A stretch of DNA of 64,000 nucleotides, taken from contig QCET01000003.1 of NCBI GenBank assembly GCA_003280495.1, positions 9,208-73,207 on the forward strand, read 5' to 3'. Numbering within the stretch: position 1 is the stretch's first letter; every line of letters begins with the position of its first letter. Positions 22,911 through 33,417 of the stretch are shown piece by piece. Source of the stretch: Pelagibacteraceae bacterium AG-359-E06. Lineage in GTDB: Bacteria > Pseudomonadota > Alphaproteobacteria > Pelagibacterales > Pelagibacteraceae. The translations under genes were made by a program, and so were the position numbers. The notes below the pieces were generated by a model. The model had not been told where the DNA came from, searched no databases, and saw only the letters and a list, made by a program, of their open reading frames with translations.

Positions 22911-22912
22911 TT

Positions 22913-23656
22913 ATGGCTGGACATTCACATTGGGCAGGTATTAAACACAAAAAAGGAAAAGCAGACAAAATAAGATCAAAATTGTTTTCTAAGTTAAGTA
23001 GGGAAATAACCGTTTCTGCAAAAATGGGTTTGCCGGATCCTTCAATGAATCCTAGACTTAGATCAGCTGTGCAAGCAGCAAGAAGTGCAAACATGCCCAA
23101 AGATAATATTGAAAGAGCAATTAAAAAGTCACAGGCTCAAGATGGACAATCGTTTGACAAAGTTCAGTATGAGGGCTTTGGTCCAGAAGGAGTGGCATTT
23201 ATTGTTGAAGCTCTTACAGATAATAAAAATAGGACGGTTTCAAATGTGAGGTCGATTTTTGAAAAAAACTCTGGATCATTAGGATCGGAAGGTTCAGTTT
23301 CTTATCAATTCGAGAGATGTGGTTTGATCAAAGTTAAAAAAACTCATTGTTCAGAAGAAGAAATATTTAATTTAATAGCTGACTCAGGAGCAGAAAATAT
23401 TGAAAATATAGAAGATTGTTACGAAATTACTACAACGATTGAAAATTATAACAAAGTACGTGAAGTGGTTGAGAGCAAAATTAAAGAATTAGAATTTTCC
23501 GACTTAATTTGGAAAGCTAAAAATTATGTTAACATTGAAAATAAAGAAACATTTACAATTGTAGACAATTTTAATAATCAACTTGAAGACGATGACGATG
23601 TTCAAAACGTATATTCTAACGCGAAAATAGATAAAAAATTAATGATGGAAATTTAA
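22913..23656 (+). CDS. yebC: YebC/PmpR-family DNA-binding regulator
   Basis: MAGHSHWAGIKHKKGKADKIRSKLFSKL N-terminus. Confidence 0.92.
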   Translation: MAGHSHWAGIKHKKGKADKIRSKLFSKLSREITVSAKMGLPDPSMNPRLRSAVQAARSANMPKDNIERAIKKSQAQDGQSFDKVQYEGFGPEGVAFIVEALTDNKNRTVSNVRSIFEKNSGSLGSEGSVSYQFERCGLIKVKKTHCSEEEIFNLIADSGAENIENIEDCYEITTTIENYNKVREVVESKIKELEFSDLIWKAKNYVNIENKETFTIVDNFNNQLEDDDDVQNVYSNAKIDKKLMMEI

Positions 23657-23657
23657 C

Positions 23658-24158
23658 TTGATACTTTTTGCTATAGATCCCGGGGTAAATGGTGCTTGTA
23701 GTATCTATGTAGATAGAAAACTGTGCAAAATATTTGATGTACCAACTATGACGGATGGAAAAAAAAATAAGAAACAAATTAATGCCGCTCAACTGTCGAA
23801 AATTGTAAAACAAACAATTGAGGACCAAAAGGAGGAAATTAGCGTCATTATCGAGAGAGTTAGTGCGATGCCAGGTCAAGGCGTAACTAGCATGTTTAAT
23901 TTTGGTCAATCGTTTGGAGTGATTAAAGGTATATTCTCTACTCTTGAGATACCTATATATTTTGTTAGCCCAGCTAAATGGAAGAAACATTTTAATTTAA
24001 TTGGATCTGAAAAAGACGCAAGCAGGACAAAAGCGATAGAGTTATTCCCAAAATTTTCTAATGAAATCTCAAGGAAAAAAGATGCGAATAAAGCAGATGC
24101 AATTTTAATAGGAAAGTATTTTTTAGACCACTTTAATAATGGAGGTTATCATGGCTAA
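23658..24158 (+). CDS. ruvC: RuvC-like Holliday junction resolvase (divergent)
   Basis: RNase H-fold acidic positions align by eye with E. coli RuvC (AIDPG / IIERV / KADAILIG). Canonical position after yebC. TTG start. The core is well diverged from the canonical family. Confidence 0.65.
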   Translation: MILFAIDPGVNGACSIYVDRKLCKIFDVPTMTDGKKNKKQINAAQLSKIVKQTIEDQKEEISVIIERVSAMPGQGVTSMFNFGQSFGVIKGIFSTLEIPIYFVSPAKWKKHFNLIGSEKDASRTKAIELFPKFSNEISRKKDANKADAILIGKYFLDHFNNGGYHG

Positions 24159-24549
24159 CTTTAGTTTAAAAGTGTATTACGAAGATACGGATGCCGAAGG
24201 TATCGTATATTATGCGAATTATTTAAAATATTTTGAAAGAGCTAGAACAGAGTTAATTTATTCATGTGGTTTAAATCATAAAGATATATTATCAAAATAT
24301 GAAATTAGAATTGTAGTGAAATCATGCAATGTCGAGTTTAAAAAACCTGCCAAGTTTGAGGATAATCTAAACGTCTCTACAAAAATAATAAAAATATCGC
24401 CAGTCAGAATCACCATGGAGCAAAAAATATTAAGAAAAGAAGACGTTTTAGTTGATGGAAAAATAGACCTTGTGACCATCGATAACAATGGTTTACCAAA
24501 AAAAATGCCTGATGAACTATACAATAAGTTTAAAAATAGTATTTCCTAG
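24151..24549 (+). CDS. ybgC: Tol-Pal-associated acyl-CoA thioesterase (4HBT/hotdog)
   Basis: YYEDTDAEGIVYYANYLKYFERAR. ATG 24151 is preferred because GGAGG sits at 24141-24145. The track start is 24139. Confidence 0.85.
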   Translation: MANFSLKVYYEDTDAEGIVYYANYLKYFERARTELIYSCGLNHKDILSKYEIRIVVKSCNVEFKKPAKFEDNLNVSTKIIKISPVRITMEQKILRKEDVLVDGKIDLVTIDNNGLPKKMPDELYNKFKNSIS

Positions 24550-24606
24550 AAAATTAGGGTAATAGATTGCCAAATAAATGACATTATTTGATTTTAGGGA
24601 GGTTTA

Positions 24607-25281
24607 ATGGATCAAGTTACTACAGGCGCAGCTGCTATAGCTACAACAGATTTTTCAATAATAACATTATTTATGAGAGCGGATTTAATTGTTAAATCTG
24701 TGATTATAATTTTAATAGTCTCTTCAATATACTCTTGGGCATTAATATTTGAGAAACATAAGATTTTTAAAAAAATAAATTTAACTAGTAATAACTTTGA
24801 AAAAAAATTTTGGGATTCTAAATCTGCACAAGAAATTTATAAAAAAACTACCGAGAAAGATGAAGATCCAATGACGAGAGTTTTCAGAGTAGGCATGGAT
24901 TCATTAAATGAACATAAAAATAGAAGCGCCAAGGAGTCTAATGAAATCGTAAAACGAATGATGGATGTGGCTATCGATAAAGAAATAGAAGGTTATGAAA
25001 AAAATTTAACAATACTTGCTACCATAGGTTCGGTTGCACCCTTTGTAGGATTATTTGGAACCGTGTGGGGTATAATGAATTCTTTTCAATCAATTGCAAT
25101 CTCGAGAAATACTAGTTTAGCAATTGTTGCACCTGGAATTGCTGAAGCTTTATTTGCAACTGCTTTAGGCCTATTAGCAGCAATCCCTGCAGTTGTTGCG
25201 TACAATCGATACTCTAATAGCTCAAGACTTTATACTCAAAAATTAGAAAACTTCTCACGTAGCTTCCTAACAATAATTTAA
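24607..25281 (+). CDS. tolQ: Tol-Pal system protein TolQ
   Basis: MotA/TolQ/ExbB channel motif LATIGSVAPFVGLFGTVWGIM...APGIAEALFATALGL. Confidence 0.93.
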   Translation: MDQVTTGAAAIATTDFSIITLFMRADLIVKSVIIILIVSSIYSWALIFEKHKIFKKINLTSNNFEKKFWDSKSAQEIYKKTTEKDEDPMTRVFRVGMDSLNEHKNRSAKESNEIVKRMMDVAIDKEIEGYEKNLTILATIGSVAPFVGLFGTVWGIMNSFQSIAISRNTSLAIVAPGIAEALFATALGLLAAIPAVVAYNRYSNSSRLYTQKLENFSRSFLTII

Positions 25282-25283
25282 TA

Positions 25284-25703
25284 ATGGCGATAAATTTACA
25301 AAAATCTGAAAGACGCTCTAGAAATGTAATGAGTGAGATAAATGTCACTCCCTTTGTTGATGTAATGCTAGTTCTCCTGATTGTTTTCATGGTTACTGCA
25401 CCAATGTTAACAGTAGGAGTCCCAGTAAATTTACCAGAAAGCGAAGCAGATTCTTTGCCAGACGATAGAGAGCCTTTAACGGTTTCAATTAATTCAAAGG
25501 GAGAGGTTTTTGTACAAGATACTAAAGTTGCATTTAACGAGCTTGTTGCAAAATTACTTGCAATTTCTAAAAACAGAACGGACACTAGAATTTATGTAAG
25601 AGGAGACAAAAACATTAATTACGGTAGAGTTATGGAAGTTATGGGTAATCTAGCGGGATCGGGATTTACAAAAGTTGCACTAATATCTCAAACCAAAAGA
25701 TAA
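25284..25703 (+). CDS. tolR: Tol-Pal system protein TolR
   Basis: ExbD/TolR pattern MSEINVTPFVDVMLVLLIVFMV. Confidence 0.9.
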   Translation: MAINLQKSERRSRNVMSEINVTPFVDVMLVLLIVFMVTAPMLTVGVPVNLPESEADSLPDDREPLTVSINSKGEVFVQDTKVAFNELVAKLLAISKNRTDTRIYVRGDKNINYGRVMEVMGNLAGSGFTKVALISQTKR

Positions 25704-25706
25704 TTT

Positions 25707-26522
25707 ATGTATAAAAGTTTTTCGCTATCACTTTTATTTCATTTTTTTATTATTCTATTTACTATGATTACAATGCCATTCGTGGTCAAAAAACCAATAG
25801 ATGTGCCTCCAATTATAGCTATAGATTTGATACAAATTTCTGACAAAACCCAATTACCTTTTGCACCAAAAGCAAAGGAGATTATTGAAAAAATTAAGGA
25901 AAAAGAGAAAGAAAGGCTTGTTACAAAACAAGCGCCACCCAAAATAATACCTAAAGAAAAATTAGATGCTGTTCCTTTACCAGATAATATAAAAAAACAG
26001 GTTGAAGAAAAAAAGAAAAAACAAAATCCAGAGGAAGTTAAGGAAAAAATTAGGCAGTCTTCAGAATTTGAAAAAAAAGAGTTATTTGATCCTAATAAAA
26101 TAGCAGCTTTAATTGATAAATCTAAAGAAGAGCAAGCTGATATTCAAGCTAAGAAAAGTTTAGATATTACCCAATCTCAAGATAATACAGTAAGTTTAGA
26201 TAAGGGATTAACTATTACCCAAGAAGATGCTATTAAAGCTCAAATCTTTAAATGTTGGAATATCCCTTTGGGTCTTCCATATGATGAGGATTTAACTGTA
26301 AGAATTAAACTACAGTTAAAACCGGATGGGTCGATTATGAGTTCTGAGATTTTAGATCATGCAAGGATGAACAAGCCAGGTCAGGGCTTTTATAGGGTAT
26401 TGGCTGAAAGTGCATTACGTGCAGTTAAACTATGTGATCCCTTAAAAATGCCAACAACTGGATATAATAAGTGGAAAGATTTACAACTTAATTTTGACGC
26501 AAAAGAAATGTTAAAAGGATAA
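25707..26522 (+). CDS. tolA: Tol-Pal system protein TolA (short form)
   Basis: N-terminal TM anchor, K/E-rich helical linker, small globular C-terminal domain. Position between tolR and tolB. Confidence 0.65.
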   Translation: MYKSFSLSLLFHFFIILFTMITMPFVVKKPIDVPPIIAIDLIQISDKTQLPFAPKAKEIIEKIKEKEKERLVTKQAPPKIIPKEKLDAVPLPDNIKKQVEEKKKKQNPEEVKEKIRQSSEFEKKELFDPNKIAALIDKSKEEQADIQAKKSLDITQSQDNTVSLDKGLTITQEDAIKAQIFKCWNIPLGLPYDEDLTVRIKLQLKPDGSIMSSEILDHARMNKPGQGFYRVLAESALRAVKLCDPLKMPTTGYNKWKDLQLNFDAKEMLKG

Positions 26523-26523
26523 A

Positions 26524-27861
26524 ATGAAAAAAATATTTTTTATATTACTAATTGTATTTTTAAATACAAACCTTAATGCAGCGGTTAAAATTGATATTAC
26601 TAGAGGTAATTTAGAACCTTTGCCAGCAGCAGTGTCAGACTTTTATATTGATAATCCTGAGAAATTTTCTGAAGGTATTAAAAAACTTAATCTTGAAAGC
26701 AACTTACCAAAAGTTATTAAAAATAATTTAAAGAGATCGGGATTATTCTATATTCTAGATAAAAAATCTCATATTCAAAAACCGAAATTATCGCATCTTA
26801 AACCTCGTTTTGAAGATTGGTCTTTAATCAAAGCGCAAATAATGATTTCAGGAAAAATAAAAATTGATGAAAAGGGTAGACTTAGAGTTGAGTTTAGATT
26901 GTGGGATGTAGTTTCCGCAAAAGAAATTGAAGGTTTGGCTTTATTTGCGACGCCTAAATCTTGGAGAAGAATTGGTCATATAATTTCTGATAAAATTTAT
27001 CAACGAATGACGGGTGAGGAGGGATACTTTGATACAAGAATTATTTATGTTGCTGAGAGCGGACCAAAGGACAGAAGAATAAAAAAACTTGCCATTATGG
27101 ACCAAGATGGAGCAAACAATAAATTTCTAACTTTAGGTAACGAATTAGTTCTTACCCCAAGATTTAATCCAAATTCTCAACTTGTAACTTACATGTCTTA
27201 CTTCAAAAATTTACCAAGAGTATATTTATTAAATATTGAAACTGGTGTTCAGGAAATTGTAGGCGATTTTCCTGGTATGACATTCGCTCCTCGTTTTTCA
27301 CCTAATGGTAATAAAGTAATAATGAGTTTTGCAAAAGATGGTAATTCAGATATTTACACTATGGATTTAAAAAGCAGGGTAGTTGAACAATTAACATCCC
27401 ACCCTTCTATTGATACTTCACCTTCTTATTCACCTGATGGAAGATTTGTTGTATTTAATTCTGACAGAAGTGGCTTCCAACAGCTTTATGTAATGAGGAG
27501 CGATGGAAGAAAAGTTAAAAGAATTTCTCGAGGAAAAGGATTGTATGGAACACCTGTTTGGTCACCTCGTGGAGACTTAATAGCATTCACAAAAATTTTT
27601 AAAGGTAAGTTCTATATTGGTGTTATGAGAACCGACGGCTCTGGTGAGAGATTATTAACAGAAAACTTCTATCAAGAAGCACCTTCATGGTCTCCAAATG
27701 GCAGAGTATTAATATTTTATCGTGAAACTGCAGCTAGAAAAAAGGGTGTTGGAGCAAGCTCCAAATTATGGTCAATTGATATTACAGGTTACAATGAGGT
27801 GAAGCTTAAAACTCCATCTGATGCCTCTGACCCTTCATGGTCTAGTTTACTATCAAAATAA
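26524..27861 (+). CDS. tolB: Tol-Pal system beta-propeller protein TolB
   Basis: Signal peptide and repeated PxFSPNG/YSPDG/WSPRG/WSPNG propeller blades. Confidence 0.93.
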   Translation: MKKIFFILLIVFLNTNLNAAVKIDITRGNLEPLPAAVSDFYIDNPEKFSEGIKKLNLESNLPKVIKNNLKRSGLFYILDKKSHIQKPKLSHLKPRFEDWSLIKAQIMISGKIKIDEKGRLRVEFRLWDVVSAKEIEGLALFATPKSWRRIGHIISDKIYQRMTGEEGYFDTRIIYVAESGPKDRRIKKLAIMDQDGANNKFLTLGNELVLTPRFNPNSQLVTYMSYFKNLPRVYLLNIETGVQEIVGDFPGMTFAPRFSPNGNKVIMSFAKDGNSDIYTMDLKSRVVEQLTSHPSIDTSPSYSPDGRFVVFNSDRSGFQQLYVMRSDGRKVKRISRGKGLYGTPVWSPRGDLIAFTKIFKGKFYIGVMRTDGSGERLLTENFYQEAPSWSPNGRVLIFYRETAARKKGVGASSKLWSIDITGYNEVKLKTPSDASDPSWSSLLSK

Positions 27862-27949
27862 AGCTAAATTCATAAAAATTTAATTAATAATTGTGTATAT
27901 TTTCTCTTGATAAAAGACCGCAATTATGTAGAAGTGAGGAAAATCGTAA

Positions 27950-28426
27950 ATGAGGTTAAAGATGTCTTTAAAAAATATAAAAAATCTAATCCTAGTAGTT
28001 TTTTTAGGTTTCCTTCTAACAGCTTGTGCAACAAGTTCTAGAAAACCTGGAAAAGATTATTACACTGGTTCGGATACTGTTAAGTTTCTAGCTTCTGGTG
28101 TTCCAGATAGAGTTTTTTTCGCAACTAACAGATCTAGCTTACACTCAGGTGCTAAAGGTACATTGAATAAGCAAGCTGCATACATTAAGAGCAGCGGCAT
28201 CAGTGTTGTTGTAGAAGGTCATGCTGATGAAAGGGGTACTAGAGAGTATAACCTTGCATTAGGTGAAAGAAGAGCTAACGCAGTTAAAGATTATTTAATG
28301 AGCCAAGGAGTAGCTAGCAGCAAAATTACTGTCATAAGCTACGGTAAAGAGAGACCTGTAAATCCAGAGTCTTCTAGATTAGCTTGGTCTCAAAATAGAC
28401 GATCAGTAACTGTTAAATCTAAATAA
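27950..28426 (+). CDS. pal: peptidoglycan-associated lipoprotein Pal (OmpA-like)
   Basis: Lipobox LLTAC and GHADERGTREYNLALGERRA. GAGGA lies about 9 nt before ATG 27950. Confidence 0.92.
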   Translation: MRLKMSLKNIKNLILVVFLGFLLTACATSSRKPGKDYYTGSDTVKFLASGVPDRVFFATNRSSLHSGAKGTLNKQAAYIKSSGISVVVEGHADERGTREYNLALGERRANAVKDYLMSQGVASSKITVISYGKERPVNPESSRLAWSQNRRSVTVKSK

Positions 28427-28447
28427 TTATAATTATTTTTTAAAAAA

Positions 28448-28478
28448 AGACCCTGTTTAAAACAGGGTCTTTTTTTTG
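28448..28478 (+). terminator. rho-independent terminator after pal
   Basis: Perfect 10-bp stem AGACCCTGTT / AACAGGGTCT with a 3-nt loop, followed by a T8 run. Confidence 0.85.
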
Positions 28479-28504
28479 CCAACATTTAAAATATACTAAA
28501 TTTA

Positions 28505-29425
28505 ATGAAAAAATTATTTTTTTATATTCTAATCACCGTAGTAACTACTAATGCTTTCGCTGATGAAAAATTGAATAAAGTTTTGGATGAATTAAAACAA
28601 ATTAAAAAAGACATAAAAGTTTTAGAAAAGGCAGTTTATAGCCAAAGCTTCAAAGGAAAAGGATCATCTGGAACGTCAGGATCACTTGAAGGTGCTTTAA
28701 CAAGGCAATTAGTTAAAATTACAGAACTAGAAGAACAAATCCAAAAATTAACAGCCTCAAATGAGGATACTCTTTTTAAAATGGATCAATTAACTGAGCG
28801 ATTAGAAAAAATTCAAGCAGATAATGAACTAAGACTTTCTGACTTAGAGTCAGGAGATCCAAAAAAAATTGCTAAGAAAAACAAAGATAAGAAAAAAAGG
28901 CTCCCAGGTACTGACAAGCCATCAAGCTTAGGAACTGTTGTTATGAAGAGTGACCAAAAAACGAAATCTGTAAGTCCAGCTGGAGTTGTTCAAACTGAAA
29001 AAGTAAAGTCTACTAATTTATTACCAAAAGGTACTCCAGAAAAACAATATGGATTTGCGACTAGTTTTATTAAAGTCGGCGACTATGAAAAAGCAGAATT
29101 AGCACTTAAAGAATTTGTAGAAAAAAATCCTAAACATAAATTAGCAGGTAGTGCACAGTATTGGTATGCAGAAACTTTTTATATTAGACAATTATATCAT
29201 GATGCTGCTGCAGCATATTTAGATGGATATCAAAAATATCCTAAAAGCTCAAAAGGTCCACAAAATTTACTTAAGCTAGGAATTACTCTTTCAGAATTAG
29301 GTGAAAAAGATCAAGGTTGCACAATGTTAAATGGAATTCAACAACAGTACCCTAATGCTAGCAAATCTGTAATCCAAAAAGCAAAGTATGAAAAAAAGAA
29401 ATTTAAGTGCCAAAAAACTGGTTAA
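28505..29425 (+). CDS. cpoB: Tol-Pal system protein YbgF/CpoB (coiled coil + TPR)
   Basis: Signal peptide, coiled-coil N-terminal half, TPR-like C-terminal half (AQYWYAETFY...YPKSSKGPQNLLKLG). Confidence 0.8.
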   Translation: MKKLFFYILITVVTTNAFADEKLNKVLDELKQIKKDIKVLEKAVYSQSFKGKGSSGTSGSLEGALTRQLVKITELEEQIQKLTASNEDTLFKMDQLTERLEKIQADNELRLSDLESGDPKKIAKKNKDKKKRLPGTDKPSSLGTVVMKSDQKTKSVSPAGVVQTEKVKSTNLLPKGTPEKQYGFATSFIKVGDYEKAELALKEFVEKNPKHKLAGSAQYWYAETFYIRQLYHDAAAAYLDGYQKYPKSSKGPQNLLKLGITLSELGEKDQGCTMLNGIQQQYPNASKSVIQKAKYEKKKFKCQKTG

Positions 29426-30407
29426 ATTATCTGCGAGAGAATTTCATTTATATAATAAATTTGAAAAAAAATTATCTAAAATAGCTAAAATAAAAAAAAA
29501 ATTAGCCTTGGCTGTATCTGGTGGTCCAGATAGCTTGGCCTTGTCGGTTTTATCAAAAGTTTTTTCTGTAAAATATAAGATTAAGTTAATTGCACTATTA
29601 ATTGACCACAATTTACGAAAAAATAGTTTTAAGGAGATAACAACAGTTTCAAATGAACTAAAAAAATTCCAAATTAAAACTAAAATTCTAAAAATTAAAA
29701 GAAAAATTAAATCAAATCTTCACGCTACAGCAAGGCAAATAAGATATGAGTTAATGATAAATTTCTGTAAAAAGAATAAAATTAAGTATTTATTAATAGG
29801 TCATCAAAATGATGATGTAATTGAAAATTTTTATATTAGATTAAGCAGAGGAAGCGGATTATTTGGTTTAGCGCCAATCGAAGTTATTAAAAAATATAAA
29901 TCTATTGAATTTATTAGACCTTTACTAGACTTTAAAAAAAAAGATTTATCAAAAATTGCATCAAAGAATTTTAATTTTATTCTTAAGGATCCTTCTAATA
30001 GCAAAGACTTGTATTTAAGATCAAGAATTAGAAAGCTAAAAAATCAACTAGAGAAGGAAGGTTTAAATCAGGATAGAATAAACTCAACTCTTGCCAACTT
30101 GGCTTCAGCTAAATCAGCAATCGAGCACTTTACTAGGGTTGCAGAGAAAAAATATTTACTTAAAAATAAAAGGAAAATGACTATTAATAAAAAATTATTT
30201 ACTAATGAGCCATATGAAATTAAATTTAGAGTTCTTTCAAACCTATTTTTGAAATTATCTAAGAAAGATTTTCCCCCACGCTCCAAAAGCATAAATCGGT
30301 TAATTAATCTTTGTAATGGAAAAAGAATTTCAAAAATGACATTGGGCGGTTATATTTTCGCTAATGGACATAAAAATGTCATTGTTTTCAGAGAAAACAG
30401 GGTCTAA
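29388..30407 (+). CDS. tilS: tRNA(Ile)-lysidine synthetase
   Basis: PP-loop LALAVSGGPDSLAL. Overlaps the cpoB 3' end by 38 nt. No alternative canonical start lies before the PP-loop. Confidence 0.85.
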   Translation: MKKRNLSAKKLVKLSAREFHLYNKFEKKLSKIAKIKKKLALAVSGGPDSLALSVLSKVFSVKYKIKLIALLIDHNLRKNSFKEITTVSNELKKFQIKTKILKIKRKIKSNLHATARQIRYELMINFCKKNKIKYLLIGHQNDDVIENFYIRLSRGSGLFGLAPIEVIKKYKSIEFIRPLLDFKKKDLSKIASKNFNFILKDPSNSKDLYLRSRIRKLKNQLEKEGLNQDRINSTLANLASAKSAIEHFTRVAEKKYLLKNKRKMTINKKLFTNEPYEIKFRVLSNLFLKLSKKDFPPRSKSINRLINLCNGKRISKMTLGGYIFANGHKNVIVFRENRV

Positions 30408-30461
30408 ATGTGCCAATTAGGTGCTTGTAGATTGTAAATAAATACTTATTTATTATAGGAT

Positions 30462-32354
30462 ATGAATATGAAAAATTTGATGATGTGGGGAATAATAGTC
30501 CTGTTAGTCCTAGGACTTTTTAACTTATTTCAAAATCCAGATAGATCAACTGCAACAAAAGATTTACCCTTTTCAACATTCATAACAGAAGTTGAAAAAG
30601 GAAATATTACTTCAGTCGATATTAAAGGAAATCAAATTGAGGGAAACTTTTCAAATGGAGCAAAATTTAAAACTTATTCACCAAATTATCCAAACTTAGT
30701 CGAAAGATTAACAGAAAAAGGCGTTGCAATATCTGCAGGTCCTTCTGAAGATAAAATGCCGTCCTTTTTAGGAATCTTATTGTCATGGTTCCCGATGTTG
30801 TTGTTAATTGGGGTTTGGATATTTTTTATGCGCCAGATGCAGGGAGGAAAAGGTGGTGCAATGGGCTTTGGAAAGTCAAAAGCAAAACTGTTAACTGAAG
30901 CACAAGGAAGAGTAACATTTAGAGATGTTGCTGGTGTTGAAGAAGCTAAAGAAGAATTAGAAGAAGTTGTAGAATTTTTAAAAGATCCTAGAAGGTACCA
31001 AAAATTAGGTGGCAAAATTCCAAAAGGCGCATTATTAGTTGGCCCCCCAGGTACAGGTAAAACATTAATTGCAAGAGCAGTTGCAGGAGAAGCAAATGTT
31101 CCTTTCTTTACTATATCAGGTTCAGACTTCGTTGAAATGTTCGTGGGTGTTGGTGCGTCAAGAGTAAGGGACATGTTTGAACAAGGTAAAAAAAACGCTC
31201 CATGTATTATTTTTATTGATGAGATTGATGCCGTTGGTAGAAGTAGAGGTGCCGGGCTCGGTGGTGGTAATGACGAGAGAGAACAAACTCTTAACCAACT
31301 ACTTGTAGAAATGGATGGTTTTGAAACTAATGAAGGAGTAATTTTAATTGCAGCAACTAACAGACCAGATGTATTAGATCCTGCTTTATTAAGACCTGGT
31401 AGATTCGATAGACAAGTAGTGGTTCCAAATCCAGATATTATTGGAAGAGAAGCAATTCTTAAAGTTCACTTAAAAAAAATATCATACGGTCCAGATGTAA
31501 ATCCTAGAACAGTTGCAAGAGGTACTCCAGGATTTTCTGGTGCAGACTTAGCTAATATAGTTAATGAGGCCGCACTTCTCGCAGCGAGAAAAAATAAACG
31601 AATTGTAACTATGGTAGACTTAGAAGAGGCTAAAGATAAAGTTATGATGGGAGCAGAGAGAAGATCTATGGTTATGACAGAAGACGAGAGAAAACTTACA
31701 GCATATCATGAAAGTGGACATGCTATTGTATCTTTAAATCAGCCAGCATCGGATCCAATTCATAAGGCAACAATAATCCCAAGAGGAAGAGCTCTTGGTA
31801 TGGTAATGAGATTGCCAGAAAGAGATCAACTTTCAATCACTAGAGAGAAGATGTTTGCAGATATTGCTGTTGGAAGCGGAGGAAGAATAGCTGAGGAGAT
31901 GATTTTTGGATATGACAAGATAACATCAGGTGCATCTTCGGATATTGAGATGGTTACAAAAATGGCTAAGAACATGGTCACCAGGTTTGGAATGAGTGAT
32001 GAACTGGGTTTCTTAGCTTACCAGGAAAACGAGGAAGAAGTATTTCTTGGAAGGTCGGTTGCAAGACAACAAAACGTTTCAGAAGAAACAGCTAAGAAAA
32101 TTGACTCTGAAGTAAAAAAAATTGTTGAAAAAGGTTATAATACTGCAAAAGATATTTTAAATAATAAAGCTAATGATTTGCATAAGCTTGCTAAAGCTTT
32201 ATTAGAGTACGAAACACTTTCAGGTGACGAGATTAGAGATTTAATTTTAAGAGATATCTATCCAAGTAGAAATCAAAAAATAGATAATGACAAAAGTCCT
32301 AAACAAGAAAGCGCGTTAGGATCTATTGGATTAAAGCCTAAATTACAAAACTAA
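30462..32354 (+). CDS. ftsH: ATP-dependent zinc metalloprotease FtsH
   Basis: [18 protein letters not shown], second region of homology, HESGHA zinc site. Confidence 0.97.
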   Translation: MNMKNLMMWGIIVLLVLGLFNLFQNPDRSTATKDLPFSTFITEVEKGNITSVDIKGNQIEGNFSNGAKFKTYSPNYPNLVERLTEKGVAISAGPSEDKMPSFLGILLSWFPMLLLIGVWIFFMRQMQGGKGGAMGFGKSKAKLLTEAQGRVTFRDVAGVEEAKEELEEVVEFLKDPRRYQKLGGKIPKGALLVGPPGTGKTLIARAVAGEANVPFFTISGSDFVEMFVGVGASRVRDMFEQGKKNAPCIIFIDEIDAVGRSRGAGLGGGNDEREQTLNQLLVEMDGFETNEGVILIAATNRPDVLDPALLRPGRFDRQVVVPNPDIIGREAILKVHLKKISYGPDVNPRTVARGTPGFSGADLANIVNEAALLAARKNKRIVTMVDLEEAKDKVMMGAERRSMVMTEDERKLTAYHESGHAIVSLNQPASDPIHKATIIPRGRALGMVMRLPERDQLSITREKMFADIAVGSGGRIAEEMIFGYDKITSGASSDIEMVTKMAKNMVTRFGMSDELGFLAYQENEEEVFLGRSVARQQNVSEETAKKIDSEVKKIVEKGYNTAKDILNNKANDLHKLAKALLEYETLSGDEIRDLILRDIYPSRNQKIDNDKSPKQESALGSIGLKPKLQN

Positions 32355-32361
32355 ACTTCAA

Positions 32362-33417
32362 ATGGTCAAAGTCTACGTGAGACCGTTGGAATTTGCTTAC
32401 GGCTCTGACGCTAAACATCTAGTTAAATCAAAAATAGCAAAAAAATTATGTGGAAGGGAAGATATTTCATTTTCAGCAGTTGAGGTAATTTTAAGAGGCA
32501 AAAAAATCAAAAAACAAACAATTAAAATAAGTAACCTAAATAAATTTAAAAATTTAAAGAGTAATAATTTCAAAAAATTAATTAGTAACCTAGCTACAAA
32601 AAGAAAATCGTATCTTGGATTAAGTTTAAATAAGCCAAAATTATGCGGTATATTAAACATAACTCCTGATAGTTTTTCGGATGGCGGGAAATACTATAAA
32701 CAAAATTCAGCAATTAAGCATGCACAAAAATTGTTAAATGATGGTGCGGATATTATCGATATAGGCGGAGAGTCAACAAGGCCCGGAGCCGAGTTTGTAT
32801 CGATTGAAGAGGAAAAGAAAAGAATTTTAAACGTTATAAAGAATCTAAAAAAATTTAAAGTCTCTGCTGATACAAGGAAGGCAGAGATTATGATTGACTC
32901 AATTAAGAATGGAGCAAAGATAATTAATGATGTCTCTGCACTTGAATTTGATAAAAATTCAATAAACGTTATCCTAAAATTTAAACCTAATATAATTTTA
33001 AATCACTCGAAAGGTACACCACAAACTATGCAAAAAAGTCCAAAATATAAAAATGTTGTATTAGATATTTATGATTTTTTAGAAAATAAAATAAATCTAC
33101 TAGTACAACTAGGTCTTAAAAAAGACAAAATTATAATAGATCCAGGCATTGGCTTTGGAAAAAATTTAAACCATAATTTAAAATTAATGAGTAATATTGG
33201 AATATTTCATGCACTAGGATGCCCGATTATGCTGGGTTCATCTAGAAAGAGTTTTATCGCAAAAGTTATGAAAACAAAAGTAACAAAAGATAGAATTGGT
33301 GGAACTATAGCGTCTGTACTAACAGGAGCCAATCAAGGTGTACAATTTTTTCGAGTTCATGATATAGCTGCAACAAAAGAAGCTTTAAGCATTAATAAAT
33401 CTTTAATTAATATATGA
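32362..33417 (+). CDS. folP: dihydropteroate synthase with an N-terminal extension of about 90 aa
   Basis: The pterin-binding core starts at LCGILNITPDSFSDGG (about residue 94) and includes DIGGESTRPGA. Confidence 0.88.
   Translation: MVKVYVRPLEFAYGSDAKHLVKSKIAKKLCGREDISFSAVEVILRGKKIKKQTIKISNLNKFKNLKSNNFKKLISNLATKRKSYLGLSLNKPKLCGILNITPDSFSDGGKYYKQNSAIKHAQKLLNDGADIIDIGGESTRPGAEFVSIEEEKKRILNVIKNLKKFKVSADTRKAEIMIDSIKNGAKIINDVSALEFDKNSINVILKFKPNIILNHSKGTPQTMQKSPKYKNVVLDIYDFLENKINLLVQLGLKKDKIIIDPGIGFGKNLNHNLKLMSNIGIFHALGCPIMLGSSRKSFIAKVMKTKVTKDRIGGTIASVLTGANQGVQFFRVHDIAATKEALSINKSLINI

Noticed and set aside
24572-24591. AT-rich hairpin CAAATAA-N6-TTATTTG between ybgC and tolQ, considered as a possible terminator or attenuator.
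   Set aside because: The stem is 7 bp of A/T only with no trailing T-run. It is expected by chance in this composition, and ybgC-tolQRAB is normally one operon.
30405-30434. 9-codon ORF MCQLGACRL starting right after the tilS stop (TAAATG).
   Set aside because: Too short and without supporting features. It most likely lies within the ftsH leader or promoter region by chance.
30686-31174. 162-aa minus-strand ORF inside ftsH. Many similar track ORFs are antisense to identified genes, e.g. 244..492, 625..1068, 5751..6044, 11052..11327, 15498..15878, 18741..19055, 25214..25585, 33734..34021, 51604..51990, 52891..53160 and 60858..61160.
   Set aside because: Each lies wholly within, and opposite to, a gene with unmistakable family motifs. 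Their translations are low-complexity (S/F/L/I-rich) with no recognisable domains. They are shadow ORFs of conserved coding sequence.
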